From: a virus
DNA length: 64,000 nt
Direction: 5' to 3' (one strand)
IMG/VR virus record: IMGVR_UViG_3300047160_006900
Span: 1 to 64,000 of that record
Shown here: positions 9,989 through 19,157 of the stretch, piece by piece
Layout: each line of letters opens with the position of its first letter
How positions within the stretch are numbered: the first letter of the stretch is position 1
Made by a program: the position numbers and the translations under genes
The notes under the pieces: model-generated
What the model saw: only the letters and a program-made list of their open reading frames with translations
Told to the model about the DNA's origin: nothing
Databases searched by the model: none

Positions 9989-10142
9989 GCCCAGATGGTA
10001 TCGCATGGAGTTGGTGTACTGCAACCTATACGGACCCTTTTCTCGTCCCGAAGAAAGATTCACCCTCTGACCTGCGGAAACAGTAGAAATACCCGTGAAA
10101 CACCGCTGAAAGGTTGCAGACGACAAACTCGTCTGATACATT
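9989..10142. promoter_or_regulatory. divergent sigma70/HrdB-type promoter pair
   Basis: Minus: TTGCAG(10024-10019)-N18-TACCAT(10000-9995)-6 nt-ATG. Plus: TTGCAG(10114-10119)-N17-TACATT(10137-10142). Confidence 0.75.
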
Positions 10143-10181
10143 GGTTTCCGTCAGAGACCAACCCCACCGCAGGAGCCCACC

Positions 10182-11501
10182 GTGAACACAGACCTCAAGT
10201 CAGGCAGGATGAAGCCGGGGGACCGGTACATCGTCAAGGCAGGGGAGTTCAAGGGTCACATCGCCACGATCGTGGACCCGGTGACCTTCCCCGACTCCGA
10301 CCCCCGTCGTCGCAAGCTGACGGTCGAGGTGGACGGCGAGCAGGTGTACATCCTCCCCCGCCTCCTTCTCACCACGGTCAACATGACGGTGGAAGAGGAG
10401 CCCGAGCCCGTGGTCCCCGTCGAGACGGCGGTGTACACGGTGCCGAGCCCCGAGGGCGACGGCACGCTGGTGAGCCTCCCGCTCCCCGTGTTCTCCCCCG
10501 GTGAGATCACCGACGTGGATGACCCTCGACTCGACCCGTGGCGTCCGGACGAGGTGGTGGTCAAGCGCTACATCAACCGCTTCATGCCGAACGGCGTCAA
10601 GGACGTCGACTTCCTGCTCACCTTCTGGGCGAAGCGGGAGAACGTCCTCCTGGTGGGGGACACCCAGTCGGGTAAGACGATGCTCGTCCAGGTGCTGGCC
10701 GTCCTGGCTGGTCAGGGCACGAAGAGCGGCAAACCGCTCCCGGTGTTCACCTTGTCGGGCTCGTCGGGCGTCACTGACTTCGACCTGTTCGGTCAGCCCA
10801 CGCCCTTCCTGGGCGCTGACAACGTCGAGCGGCTGGTCAACCTCCCCGGTGTGGTCGACCTGGCCGTGCGGGCGGGGGGCATCCTCTACCTGGACGAACT
10901 CAACTTCATGGGCGAGCGCACGGTGTCGTCGCTGCACTCGGTGTGCGACTGGCGGCGGAACTTCGTGAACCGCTCCAAGGCCGTGCGCTACGAGCACAAC
11001 GGCGAAGAGGTGTTCATGCCCGAGGTGGTCAGCGCCAACGACGACCTGTGGGTGGTCTCGACCATCAACCCCGGCTACCGGGGCACGTCACTGGGCGAGG
11101 CGATCACCAACCGCTTCCGGTGGATCCCGTGGGGCTACGACGAGAACGTCGAGAAGAAGCTCATCCCGTCGGCGGCGATCCGCCTGCTGGCCCAGGCCGT
11201 GCGTGAGGCCCGTGCCAATCACACCCTCAAGACGCCGGTCGGCACGGCTGCCCTCACCCGCATGTGCGAGGATGCGGTCGAGCATGGCCCGGAGATGGCG
11301 GTGTGGATGTTCAAGGCCATGTTCGACGCCTCCGAGCACGCTCGTCTGGACGCCATCCTCACCGATCGCAGCATCATGATGTTGCTGGAGGACGAGGCAG
11401 CGTCTCGCCGTCAGGCGGCTCAGCCTCAGCCCACCGTCACTGACGAGGACACCGTGGGCCACGCCAATCCGCTCACGGGCGGCTGGAGCGTGCAGCCATG
11501 A
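10182..11501 (+). CDS. MoxR/CbbQ/CobS-family AAA+ ATPase with N-terminal KOW/SH3-like domain
   Basis: Walker A GDTQSGKT, Walker B ILYLDELN, TINPGYRG, AITNRF; AGGAG RBS. Confidence 0.9.
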   Translation: MNTDLKSGRMKPGDRYIVKAGEFKGHIATIVDPVTFPDSDPRRRKLTVEVDGEQVYILPRLLLTTVNMTVEEEPEPVVPVETAVYTVPSPEGDGTLVSLPLPVFSPGEITDVDDPRLDPWRPDEVVVKRYINRFMPNGVKDVDFLLTFWAKRENVLLVGDTQSGKTMLVQVLAVLAGQGTKSGKPLPVFTLSGSSGVTDFDLFGQPTPFLGADNVERLVNLPGVVDLAVRAGGILYLDELNFMGERTVSSLHSVCDWRRNFVNRSKAVRYEHNGEEVFMPEVVSANDDLWVVSTINPGYRGTSLGEAITNRFRWIPWGYDENVEKKLIPSAAIRLLAQAVREARANHTLKTPVGTAALTRMCEDAVEHGPEMAVWMFKAMFDASEHARLDAILTDRSIMMLLEDEAASRRQAAQPQPTVTDEDTVGHANPLTGGWSVQP

Positions 11502-11710
11502 GCCGCACTCCCACGCTGGTCTCCACTCGGTCCGACGACCGGGTGGAGATCATGCTCCCCTGTTGCTTCACCAAGCGGGTGGTGGACCGTGCCCTGGCCG
11601 AGGCCATGGCGACGGACTACGAGCAGGCCCTGGCCTTCCTGAACGACCACAAGCAGCACTGTCCGAATCAGCGTCACACCCCCGTGTCACGCTCACCGAA
11701 AGGACACTGA
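11498..11710 (+). CDS. hypothetical protein
   Basis: ATGA overlap with the AAA+ gene. Confidence 0.55.
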   Translation: MSRTPTLVSTRSDDRVEIMLPCCFTKRVVDRALAEAMATDYEQALAFLNDHKQHCPNQRHTPVSRSPKGH

Positions 11711-11711
11711 C

Positions 11712-12140
11712 ATGACAACCTCACCTGATACTTATCCACAGCCCCTGAGCGTGTACCGCTGTCGCAACCGAGCAGGCAACCACCGCTGGGTGGTGGCCCC
11801 TGGCCCCCTCACTGCTGCGTCGTACATGGTGGCGGCGGGGATGGCTCGCAAGGTGGAGAACGTCAAGGTGGTGCATGCTGCGGCTGACTCCAGCGACACC
11901 TACCTGCACGATACTCGCCCCACCTTGATGAGCAGTCTCGACACCATCGTTCATGGTGATCAGGTCGGGCACCTCATCAAGCAGATCAGTGACGAGCCGG
12001 TGTGGTTGCTGGCCGTCGAAGAGGGCTGGATCAAGGAGGGAGCGGTGATCAGCGTTCCCCGGCTGCCCGATATCGAGGCCGAGGCGGCGCAGTACGGCGA
12101 AGAGTACGAGGACGAGAACCAAGAGATCAGGGAGGCCTGA
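11712..12140 (+). CDS. hypothetical protein
   Basis: AAGGA RBS, 142 aa. Confidence 0.65.
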   Translation: MTTSPDTYPQPLSVYRCRNRAGNHRWVVAPGPLTAASYMVAAGMARKVENVKVVHAAADSSDTYLHDTRPTLMSSLDTIVHGDQVGHLIKQISDEPVWLLAVEEGWIKEGAVISVPRLPDIEAEAAQYGEEYEDENQEIREA

Positions 12141-12141
12141 G

Positions 12142-12525
12142 ATGGGACTTGATACTTCACACGACTGCTGGCACGGCAGCTATTCCAGCTTCGCCATCTG
12201 GCGGACGGAGATTTCCCGTGCCCTGGGCTGGCCCACCTGGGGTGAGGGGCGCTACAGCTTCCCCGAGGACTCCCCGAGGACCGAGGACGTGCTCTACGGC
12301 TGGTGGGGCTTCGGCAAGACGCCGGAGGAGCCCCTACACGTCCTCCTGCTGCACTCCGATTGCGACGGGTACATCTTCCCCTGGAACGCTGACCCGCTGG
12401 CTGACCGGCTGCTGGACCTGCTGGAAGAGAAGAGGATCCCCGACGAGTGGCAGGAGATCACCAAGCAGTTCGCCGTCGGCCTCCAGCGGGCAGCGTACGA
12501 GTGTGAGGTGGTGGAGTTCCGATGA
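12142..12525 (+). CDS. conserved phage protein (MGLD...HSDCDG family)
   Basis: MGLDTSHDCWHGSYSSF...LLHSDCDGYI; GGAGG RBS. Confidence 0.7.
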   Translation: MGLDTSHDCWHGSYSSFAIWRTEISRALGWPTWGEGRYSFPEDSPRTEDVLYGWWGFGKTPEEPLHVLLLHSDCDGYIFPWNADPLADRLLDLLEEKRIPDEWQEITKQFAVGLQRAAYECEVVEFR

Positions 12526-12750
12526 CTACTTCCCACCTGCAACACGGTATCGGGGGCGGGGATCCTTCCCCGGTGTCGTCTTGCACACGGCGGGGGAGCC
12601 GGTTCCCCGGATCAGCTTCGGTCCCTTGGCCTTCGGGTCACAGATCGCCCCACCCCGGACGTACTTGATGCCCTTTTCGTCGTCCTTCTTCTTGCCCTGC
12701 TTGGCAGCAGACTTGACCGGCTTCTTCGTCGCAACCTTCTTCACTGCCAT
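12526..12750 (-). CDS. small Lys-rich, histone-H1-like basic protein
   Basis: MAVKKVATKKPVKSAAKQGKKK; AAGGA RBS; abuts the convergent gene. Confidence 0.55.
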   Translation of the reverse strand: MAVKKVATKKPVKSAAKQGKKKDDEKGIKYVRGGAICDPKAKGPKLIRGTGSPAVCKTTPGKDPRPRYRVAGGK

Positions 12751-12908
12751 GTCCTTGATCATATAGAACCCACCAAACTCTCAGTCCATACCGATATGAA
12801 ACCGAGGCATACAACTATGCGATACCTCCTCAGGAAGTACCGGGCTTGGAGATGGCAGTGGTATCTCCGCAGCATCAAACGGGGATATGACCCGACGAGG
12901 TGGTGGCG

Positions 12909-13442
12909 ATGACCGCCCGAGCCAACGACACCTGGGAGTTGTCCACCGAGGACATCACCAGGCTGCTCGACGCCATGAGGTGTGACGTCTTGGCCCGGGT
13001 GAAGCTGCATCGATCCATCATCAAGCCGGTGATGGACGAGGACGGCGTGATCAACCCCATGGCCATCGAGGAGCGCTATGGGACCGAGGGCACACACCAG
13101 GACGCCGTGGACTACCACATCGCCATGGAGATCTTTGAGCGTCAGGACCTGGCCCGCACGCTCAGCGCTCACCTGCCCATCAGTCGGGCGGAGCAGGTGA
13201 TCATGGACGACTACATCCCCGAGTCGTTGGAGGTCCAGCAGGAGGAAGTCCGCAAGCTGAATGTCCTGCCGTTGGAGCACTGGGTGGCTGCTTTGCAGAA
13301 CCGGGAGGAGCGGTACGCACGCCTGGCGGAACTCAACTCACCGCAGGTGATCCTGGAGCACGAATGGATCCTGATCCTGGAAGCCAAGGCTGGTGTGTGC
13401 TGGCAACAGGCGCAGGAACTTCGACAGAAACCGCTGGAGTAA
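12909..13442 (+). CDS. hypothetical protein
   Basis: GAGGTGG RBS before ATG 12909. Confidence 0.65.
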   Translation: MTARANDTWELSTEDITRLLDAMRCDVLARVKLHRSIIKPVMDEDGVINPMAIEERYGTEGTHQDAVDYHIAMEIFERQDLARTLSAHLPISRAEQVIMDDYIPESLEVQQEEVRKLNVLPLEHWVAALQNREERYARLAELNSPQVILEHEWILILEAKAGVCWQQAQELRQKPLE

Positions 13443-13465
13443 ACATCAGCACAAGAACGAAAGAC

Positions 13466-13494
13466 TTGCACATGTCACAACTACCAACTACACT
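13466..13494 (+). promoter_or_regulatory. host-type promoter
   Basis: TTGCAC-N17-TACACT upstream of the ParB-like gene. Confidence 0.7.
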
Positions 13495-13537
13495 GTCTTT
13501 TGGAACCAGTCCCAACACACAGGAGCACTGATCCATC

Positions 13538-14437
13538 ATGGCTACCGGAAAAGGCAAAGGATGGCATCCCACAGCAACCCGCTTCGCCTGGTTGCCGGTG
13601 GGTAAGCTCAACAGCCTCAGGTTCCGCCCCGTACGTGCAGGCAAGGTCGGGCGGTTCGTGAAGAAGTTCGACCCCGATGCCATCGGCGTGCTGTACATCA
13701 GCCAACGGCGTGACGGCAGCTACCACGTCATCGACGGCAACCACCGTCGTGAGGCGGTCCACCGCATGTGGGGACCGGAGGCTCAGGTACCGTGCCTGAT
13801 CTACACCGGCCTCACCGATGCTCAGGAACACATGCTGTTCGTGGACTACAACGAGGAGCGGACCAAGCCCCAGCCCATCCACATCTTCCTGGCGAAGGTG
13901 GGGGGTCATGAACCCATCGCCACGGCGGTGGCGGAGATCGTGACGGGCAAGCACGGGCTGGAGATCACGGCCGCCCCGGGCGTGGCCCGCCTCGCCGCTG
14001 TCCAGGCCGTCACCACGCTCTATGAGCAGGGTGGGGCAGGGGTGCTGGACACGGCCCTCACCGTGGTCAGCGACGCCTGGGGCAAGCACACCGACAGCTA
14101 CCACACCCAGGTGCTGAACGGGGTGGGCGTGCTGCTGGCTCGCTACCCGCAGATCGACCTGGCCCGCCTCACCAAGGTGCTGGCCGAGACCAAGCCCAAG
14201 CGGCTCGTTGCCCGGGCCTACGAGGCCCGCTGCAGCGAGTTGGACACCCGCACGACGGACACCAAGAGCGGTAGCTTCGTGGCCCGTATCATCCTCAGCC
14301 AGTACAACCGGCGGCTGCGTCAGGCTCAGGTGCTGACCTGGATGGATCAGCCCGGGAGCTACTACTGGACCGAGGCGGCGGAGTACAGCCGCCTCGCCCT
14401 CCAGAAGCTGGCCGAACAGGTGGGAGACGAGTCATGA
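13538..14437 (+). CDS. ParB N-terminal-domain protein (DUF6551-like)
   Basis: FDPDAIGVLYISQRRDGSYHVIDGNHRREA. Confidence 0.8.
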   Translation: MATGKGKGWHPTATRFAWLPVGKLNSLRFRPVRAGKVGRFVKKFDPDAIGVLYISQRRDGSYHVIDGNHRREAVHRMWGPEAQVPCLIYTGLTDAQEHMLFVDYNEERTKPQPIHIFLAKVGGHEPIATAVAEIVTGKHGLEITAAPGVARLAAVQAVTTLYEQGGAGVLDTALTVVSDAWGKHTDSYHTQVLNGVGVLLARYPQIDLARLTKVLAETKPKRLVARAYEARCSELDTRTTDTKSGSFVARIILSQYNRRLRQAQVLTWMDQPGSYYWTEAAEYSRLALQKLAEQVGDES

Positions 14438-14580
14438 ACCACTGGGAGCGGGCCGTGCAGCGCCACCAGGCACGACAGCAGGTGAGGCACGCTCTCACCG
14501 ACCGGCAGGACCTGCTGCGCTTCGGGCTGTTCATGCTGGCGGTGGTCATCGGCCTGGTGGCCACGGTGGTGCTGACGTAG
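14434..14580 (+). CDS. small membrane protein (48 aa)
   Basis: ATGA overlap; C-terminal FGLFMLAVVIGLVATVVLT; below the ORF-track cutoff. Confidence 0.55.
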   Translation: MNHWERAVQRHQARQQVRHALTDRQDLLRFGLFMLAVVIGLVATVVLT

Positions 14581-14691
14581 ACGTTCGGCTTCCATGCCCG
14601 TGGAGTCGAGCGATGGGGTCGAGCACCGGGGATGACGACCCGTATCTCCCCGGTGTTCCCCCGCCGTTTGGGCAGGTCAGGCACATACTTT

Positions 14692-14740
14692 CGTGAAACA
14701 CTGCGAAAGAGTTGCACATCGGGTTGATACCCGGTATCTT
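14692..14740 (+). promoter_or_regulatory. host-type promoter with conserved upstream element
   Basis: CGTGAAACAC element (also at 10094); TTGCAC(14712)-N17-TATCTT(14735). Confidence 0.75.
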
Positions 14741-14778
14741 GAGTGCTGCCAGAGACCGTCCAGCCCCAGGAGCACATC

Positions 14779-15327
14779 ATGTCGACCTTGAACAAGACCT
14801 ACGCCCCCGTCGAGAGCTTCGACCTCAAGGGCCACACCTTCACCGTCCAGGTCGTCACGTACACCTGGGACGACCACCCCGACCGGAGCCGCACGGCCTT
14901 CAACGCTGTGAACGAGGACGGTGTGGAGGTGTGGCGGGAAACGTCCTGGCTGCGTGGCGACGCCACCAGGGCCGTGAAGAACGCCAAGGTGGGTGCTGCC
15001 AAGTACCTGACCGACGAGGCCGTGTACCCGGTAGCCAAGGCCCGTGCGCTCGACCATGGCCGCAGCTTCGGCCCCGATCGCAGCAACGGCTTCGTGCCCG
15101 TCTCCCGTGAGGTCCAGGTGGGGGATGACGTGTGGGTCTACAGCTACCAGGCTTGGCGGCGGGGTGTGGCCGAGAAGGTCGGTCGTAAGGGCGTGACCGT
15201 GGCCGTGGTGGTCAGGAGCACCGGCAACTTCACCCGGCAGCTTGCCCACTTCGATGGGTCGAAGAAGTTCGCTGACGGGGTCGACGGCTGGGTCCTCGAC
15301 GCCGTACGAGGCGTACCCGTCGCTTGA
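14779..15327 (+). CDS. hypothetical early protein
   Basis: AGGAG RBS, strong GC3 codon bias. Confidence 0.75.
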   Translation: MSTLNKTYAPVESFDLKGHTFTVQVVTYTWDDHPDRSRTAFNAVNEDGVEVWRETSWLRGDATRAVKNAKVGAAKYLTDEAVYPVAKARALDHGRSFGPDRSNGFVPVSREVQVGDDVWVYSYQAWRRGVAEKVGRKGVTVAVVVRSTGNFTRQLAHFDGSKKFADGVDGWVLDAVRGVPVA

Positions 15328-15338
15328 TTGAGTGTCAC

Positions 15339-15377
15339 ACCCCCGTGTCACGCTCGTTGAGTCAGTGACACGGGGGT
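15339..15377 (+). terminator. 13-bp inverted repeat (hairpin) after the 14779 gene
   Basis: ACCCCCGTGTCAC...GTGACACGGGGGT; no U-tract. Confidence 0.5.
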
Positions 15378-15404
15378 ATGGCATGGCATACAGGTCGATA
15401 TGAC

Positions 15405-15433
15405 TTGCACTTGCCGTTGATACCCGGTACTCT
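15405..15433 (+). promoter_or_regulatory. host-type promoter
   Basis: TTGCAC-N17-TACTCT; shares GTTGATACCCGGTA with the 14712 promoter. Confidence 0.75.
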
Positions 15434-15464
15434 GATGGGACGCCCATCAACACAGGAGACCGAC

Positions 15465-16298
15465 ATGGCCGCAAGCATCAAGCAGATGAACTTCATCAAG
15501 AACCTCTTCAAGGAGGCGAGTGACGGGACCGAGAAGCTCGTCGCCGCAGGCCAGGACGAGGTGGTCGCCAGCTTCGCCGCCAAGGTGCAGCCCCTGGAGG
15601 ACATCCTCATCGGAGTGCTGAACGACCGTGAGATCAGCGGCCAGGACGCCCGCCAGGCCATCGATACGCTCATCGAGGTCACCCGTCAGATCAAGGTGGC
15701 GCTGCCCAAGCCCGCTCAGCCGGTCGGCCTGGCGGCGCTCAACGCCGACAAGGTCATCCCCAACCGCTTCGGCAAGAAGTGCTCCTGTGGCACGATGGTG
15801 AACCCCGGTGAGGGCTTCGCCGCCCTGGTGCGTGGCCGCTGGCTCACCGTCTGCCAGGACTGCGCCAACACCGACCCGGCAGCCAAGGCCGCAGCCGACC
15901 AGGCCCTGCTCGACGCCGTGGTGGCCCTCATCAACGAGCGTGACGCCCTGGCCGGGGACGTGTTCAAGCTCCTGGGCACCGACGTCAACGACAACCCCAA
16001 GGCTCACGTCGCCGTGACCAGCGCCACCGGCAACAACGATCTCGACTTCTTCGCCGTGCGCTCCACCGACGGCAAGGTCACGGTCAAGCGTGTCATCGGT
16101 GGTCACAACGACCAGGCCCTCGGCCTCTACCCGCAGGTGGTCGCCCTCAAGGCCATCCTGGCCGAAGACGTGCCCGCTGCGGCCGTGCGGTTCGGTCAGG
16201 AACTCGGCTACTGCGGCTGCTGCGGTCGCCACCTCACCGACCAGGAGTCACGGGCCTACGGCATCGGCCCAGATTGTCGGAGACAATATGGTTTCTGA
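15465..16298 (+). CDS. DUF6011-domain Zn-finger protein
   Basis: C-terminal CGCCGRHLTDQESRAYGIGPDC; second CxC...CxxC; AGGAG RBS. Confidence 0.8.
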   Translation: MAASIKQMNFIKNLFKEASDGTEKLVAAGQDEVVASFAAKVQPLEDILIGVLNDREISGQDARQAIDTLIEVTRQIKVALPKPAQPVGLAALNADKVIPNRFGKKCSCGTMVNPGEGFAALVRGRWLTVCQDCANTDPAAKAAADQALLDAVVALINERDALAGDVFKLLGTDVNDNPKAHVAVTSATGNNDLDFFAVRSTDGKVTVKRVIGGHNDQALGLYPQVVALKAILAEDVPAAAVRFGQELGYCGCCGRHLTDQESRAYGIGPDCRRQYGF

Positions 16299-16299
16299 G

Positions 16300-16479
16300 A
16301 TGAAGCTCTACCTGACCGTTGAGGTGGAGGTGGACGAGACCGTGGTCGATGTCACCCGCCTGCTCATGAACCTGCAAGATCACCCTGCGCTTTCGATGGA
16401 GACGTGGTGGTGTGACTTCGACGGCACCATCGTGGACATCGAGCGGGTCGAGATCGAGAAGCGGGGCGATGGGTTCTAA
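16300..16479 (+). CDS. hypothetical protein
   Basis: MKLYLTVEVEV..., starts 1 nt after the upstream stop. Confidence 0.5.
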   Translation: MKLYLTVEVEVDETVVDVTRLLMNLQDHPALSMETWWCDFDGTIVDIERVEIEKRGDGF

Positions 16480-16690
16480 GCGTCACCAGGGCGTGTTCTG
16501 CAAGCCATGTGCCGTCCATAACCACCAGCACTGCGTCGGGCCGTGTGACTGTGGTCACCGCAAGCACAACCCCGACGTGCGGACGGCTGCGGCCATGCGA
16601 ATGTATGAGCGTCCCGATCTCCGTACGCTGAGCGTCGAGAAGCTGGCCACCTCCTGGCATCAGAAGGACGAGCAGCAGCATGCCGTGTGA
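16469..16690 (+). CDS. small Cys/His-rich protein
   Basis: CKPC...HQHC...CDCGH. Confidence 0.5.
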   Translation: MGSKRHQGVFCKPCAVHNHQHCVGPCDCGHRKHNPDVRTAAAMRMYERPDLRTLSVEKLATSWHQKDEQQHAV

Positions 16691-16910
16691 CGTGACCCTG
16701 GGCGATCACGCCTGCGTCCTGGTGGATGAGCACATCACCCACCAGGACGCCGAGGGCAGTACATGGTCATACCTACGGGACACGCTCCCACCTCCTCCGG
16801 TGGTCGAGCCCCGTGAGCCTGCCCCTGACTGGTACTTCCCCACCATGACCCTGACGGTGTTCGTCGCCCTGGTGGTCGTGTTCGTGGCCTACGTGTGGCA
16901 GCGATCCTGA
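16680..16910 (+). CDS. small membrane protein
   Basis: C-terminal TM segment LTVFVALVVVFVAYVW. Confidence 0.55.
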   Translation: MPCDVTLGDHACVLVDEHITHQDAEGSTWSYLRDTLPPPPVVEPREPAPDWYFPTMTLTVFVALVVVFVAYVWQRS

Positions 16911-17155
16911 GAGACAATCATTTTCGGTCCTTGATTCAGGATGCCCTGTAAGGCCCCTGTATGGCCCTGTAAGCGATTCCACCTCCCTCAGGACACAAGG
17001 ATGCCGTATCCCTGCTCTTCGGGCCTTACGTGGAAACACTACAAATCAGGTCAACATTCAAAAAACCGCGGAAATACTGGCTCGATTGCTAAGAAGTGGG
17101 TTGATACAGGGTATGTGAGTATCAGGCCCTGTTTCAACATTTCCGGCTCTATGAC

Positions 17156-17185
17156 TTGCAGGTGGGGTTGCCACTCTGATACCTT
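17156..17185 (+). promoter_or_regulatory. host-type promoter
   Basis: TTGCAG-N18-TACCTT upstream of the helicase. Confidence 0.7.
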
Positions 17186-17224
17186 GTGTGTGGAGACCAA
17201 ACCCGCGAACCCAGGAGCCCGCAC

Positions 17225-18757
17225 ATGAGCATCTTCGATCAGATCAGCAAGGCCGCAGAGGCCGGAGCCGTCACCGGAGCGCAGGCCTTCAACACGCCTG
17301 CCGGTTTCGACGGCACCCGTACCGAGCCCACTCAGGGCTTCGTCCTCCCCGTGGCTCCCCTCACCAAGACCCTCTACAGCTACCAGGCAGCGGCGGTCGA
17401 GAGCATCCTGACCTACCGTCGGGTGGTGCTGGGCTACCAGCCCGGTCTCGGCAAGACGGCCATCATGCAGGCAGCGGTGGCGGCGGAGGCTCGCCAGGGC
17501 CGCAAGAGCCTGGTGGTCGTGCCCCCCTCCCTCCGCATCAGCCCCTGGGCGCAGGACTTCGCCGCTGACTTCCCCGGCCTGAGCGTGGCCCTGGTGAGCG
17601 GCACCAAGGCGGCGGCGTTCCCCGAGGCCGACGTGGTCATCATCCCCGACAGCATCCTGGCCAAGCGCACCAACGACGTGCTGGCCTGGGGTCCCGACCA
17701 CCTCTTCGTGGACGAGGCCCACCGCTTCAAGAGCCGGGACAGCCAGCGCTCCAAGGCCCTCGTTGCCCTCGCCGACACCCTGGCCCCCGAGGCCATCGTG
17801 GTCACGGCCACCGGCACGCTGGTGTCGAACCGCATCATCGACGTGTACCAGCCCCTGCGGGCCACGGGCAAGGCCAACGCCACCGCCGTGAGCGGGGGCT
17901 ACTCCTGGACCCGGTTCATGGACCGCTGGTGCCTCACCGACACCATCTGGACGGGCCGGGCCACGGTGCGGGTGGCCGTGGGCTGCACCGACCCCCAGGG
18001 CCTGCGTGACACCCTCGTCCACTCCTGCTACCTCTCGGTCCCCCGGGAGGACGTGCTCAGCCTCCCCGAGCGCACCACGGCCGTGCGTGCCCTGGTGCTC
18101 AACGGTGACGCTGCCGAGTACCGGCGGGCGGAGAAGCAGTTCCTGGCCTGGGTGCGTGAGGTCAAGGGCGACGAGGCCTACCGTCGGGCCAGCAAGGCCG
18201 AGGCCATCACCAAGCTGATGGCGCTGTGGGAGATGGACGGCAAGGCCAAGGCCAAGGCCAGCAGCGAGTACGTCACCAGCCTCACCGAGCAGGGTGAGCA
18301 GGTCGTCGTGTTCGCCCACCACAAGAGCGTGATCGAGAAGCTCTACGAGGCCTTCCTCAAGGCCAACCAGCGGGTGGGCGTGATCGTGGGGGGCATGACC
18401 AGCGAAGCCAAGGCCGAGGTGGTCGACTCCTTCCAGGCCGGTCGCCTCGACGTGCTGCTGGGCAACACCGAGGCTGCTGGGACTGGACTCACCCTCCACG
18501 CTGCTCGCCACGTCGTGTTCGTGCAGCTTCCCTGGGCACCAGGGGTGTTCGGTCAGGCGGCCGACCGGGTGTACCGCATCGGTCAGCACCGCCACGTCAC
18601 CACCCACGTCCTGAACATGAGCGAGGGCGTGAGCGAGAACCTGTGGAACGTCCTGGTGGACAAGGCCCACGTTGCCGACGCCGTGAACACCGGTACTCCC
18701 TCCACCATCGACGCCGACAGCGTCGAGGAGGCCGTCCTCCAGAACTACGGGTGGTGA
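17225..18757 (+). CDS. SNF2-family (SF2) helicase/translocase
   Basis: YQ...PGLGKT, VDEAHRFK, TATGT, AAGTGLTL, QAADRVYRIGQ; AGGAG RBS. Confidence 0.92.
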   Translation: MSIFDQISKAAEAGAVTGAQAFNTPAGFDGTRTEPTQGFVLPVAPLTKTLYSYQAAAVESILTYRRVVLGYQPGLGKTAIMQAAVAAEARQGRKSLVVVPPSLRISPWAQDFAADFPGLSVALVSGTKAAAFPEADVVIIPDSILAKRTNDVLAWGPDHLFVDEAHRFKSRDSQRSKALVALADTLAPEAIVVTATGTLVSNRIIDVYQPLRATGKANATAVSGGYSWTRFMDRWCLTDTIWTGRATVRVAVGCTDPQGLRDTLVHSCYLSVPREDVLSLPERTTAVRALVLNGDAAEYRRAEKQFLAWVREVKGDEAYRRASKAEAITKLMALWEMDGKAKAKASSEYVTSLTEQGEQVVVFAHHKSVIEKLYEAFLKANQRVGVIVGGMTSEAKAEVVDSFQAGRLDVLLGNTEAAGTGLTLHAARHVVFVQLPWAPGVFGQAADRVYRIGQHRHVTTHVLNMSEGVSENLWNVLVDKAHVADAVNTGTPSTIDADSVEEAVLQNYGW

Positions 18758-18999
18758 GCCCGATGCCCATGGCGGTCTCACCCAACGTCACCCCCGCCCC
18801 CCGTGGCTGCCGAGACAAGGTCAAGTACCCCTCGGCAGCAGCGGCGGGGGACGGGCTCATCCGACTGACCGAGCGCATCAACAGCGGTCAGCTTCTCCCG
18901 GCCAGCTACCACTGGTCGGCCGGTCCCCTGGCCGTGTACGAGTGCAGCTTCTGTGGCTACTGGCACATCGGGCACACCGCCCCGACAAGGAGACCATGA
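18754..18999 (+). CDS. Zn-finger-like actinophage protein
   Basis: C..KVKY...VYECSFCGYWHIGH; GTGA overlap. Confidence 0.6.
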   Translation: MSPMPMAVSPNVTPAPRGCRDKVKYPSAAAAGDGLIRLTERINSGQLLPASYHWSAGPLAVYECSFCGYWHIGHTAPTRRP

Positions 19000-19154
19000 T
19001 GCCCGACAGCTACAGCGAGTGGAAGGCCGATGTCCAACACGGCCGCACCGTGCTGGGCTTCATCGACTGGCTGTATGCACGGCGGCCGCCTGAGATACGC
19101 AGCCGGTGGTGGTGGAGGATCCTTCCCAAGCCCGACGTCGAGCGTCATACTTGA
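18996..19154 (+). CDS. hypothetical protein
   Basis: AAGGAG RBS, ATGA overlap. Confidence 0.5.
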   Translation: MMPDSYSEWKADVQHGRTVLGFIDWLYARRPPEIRSRWWWRILPKPDVERHT

Positions 19155-19157
19155 CCC

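Noticed and set aside
9989-10141. N-terminal extension of the vWA ORF given in the track
   Set aside because: It spans the divergent promoter region; ATG 9988 fits a leaderless start
16944-16971. CCCTGTA x3 in intergenic DNA
   Set aside because: Too short and isolated to support a function
17051-18781. 576-aa minus-strand ORF and similar long antisense ORFs (40265-41500, 44443-45822, 56731-58146)
   Set aside because: Shadows of high-GC3 genes on the opposite strand
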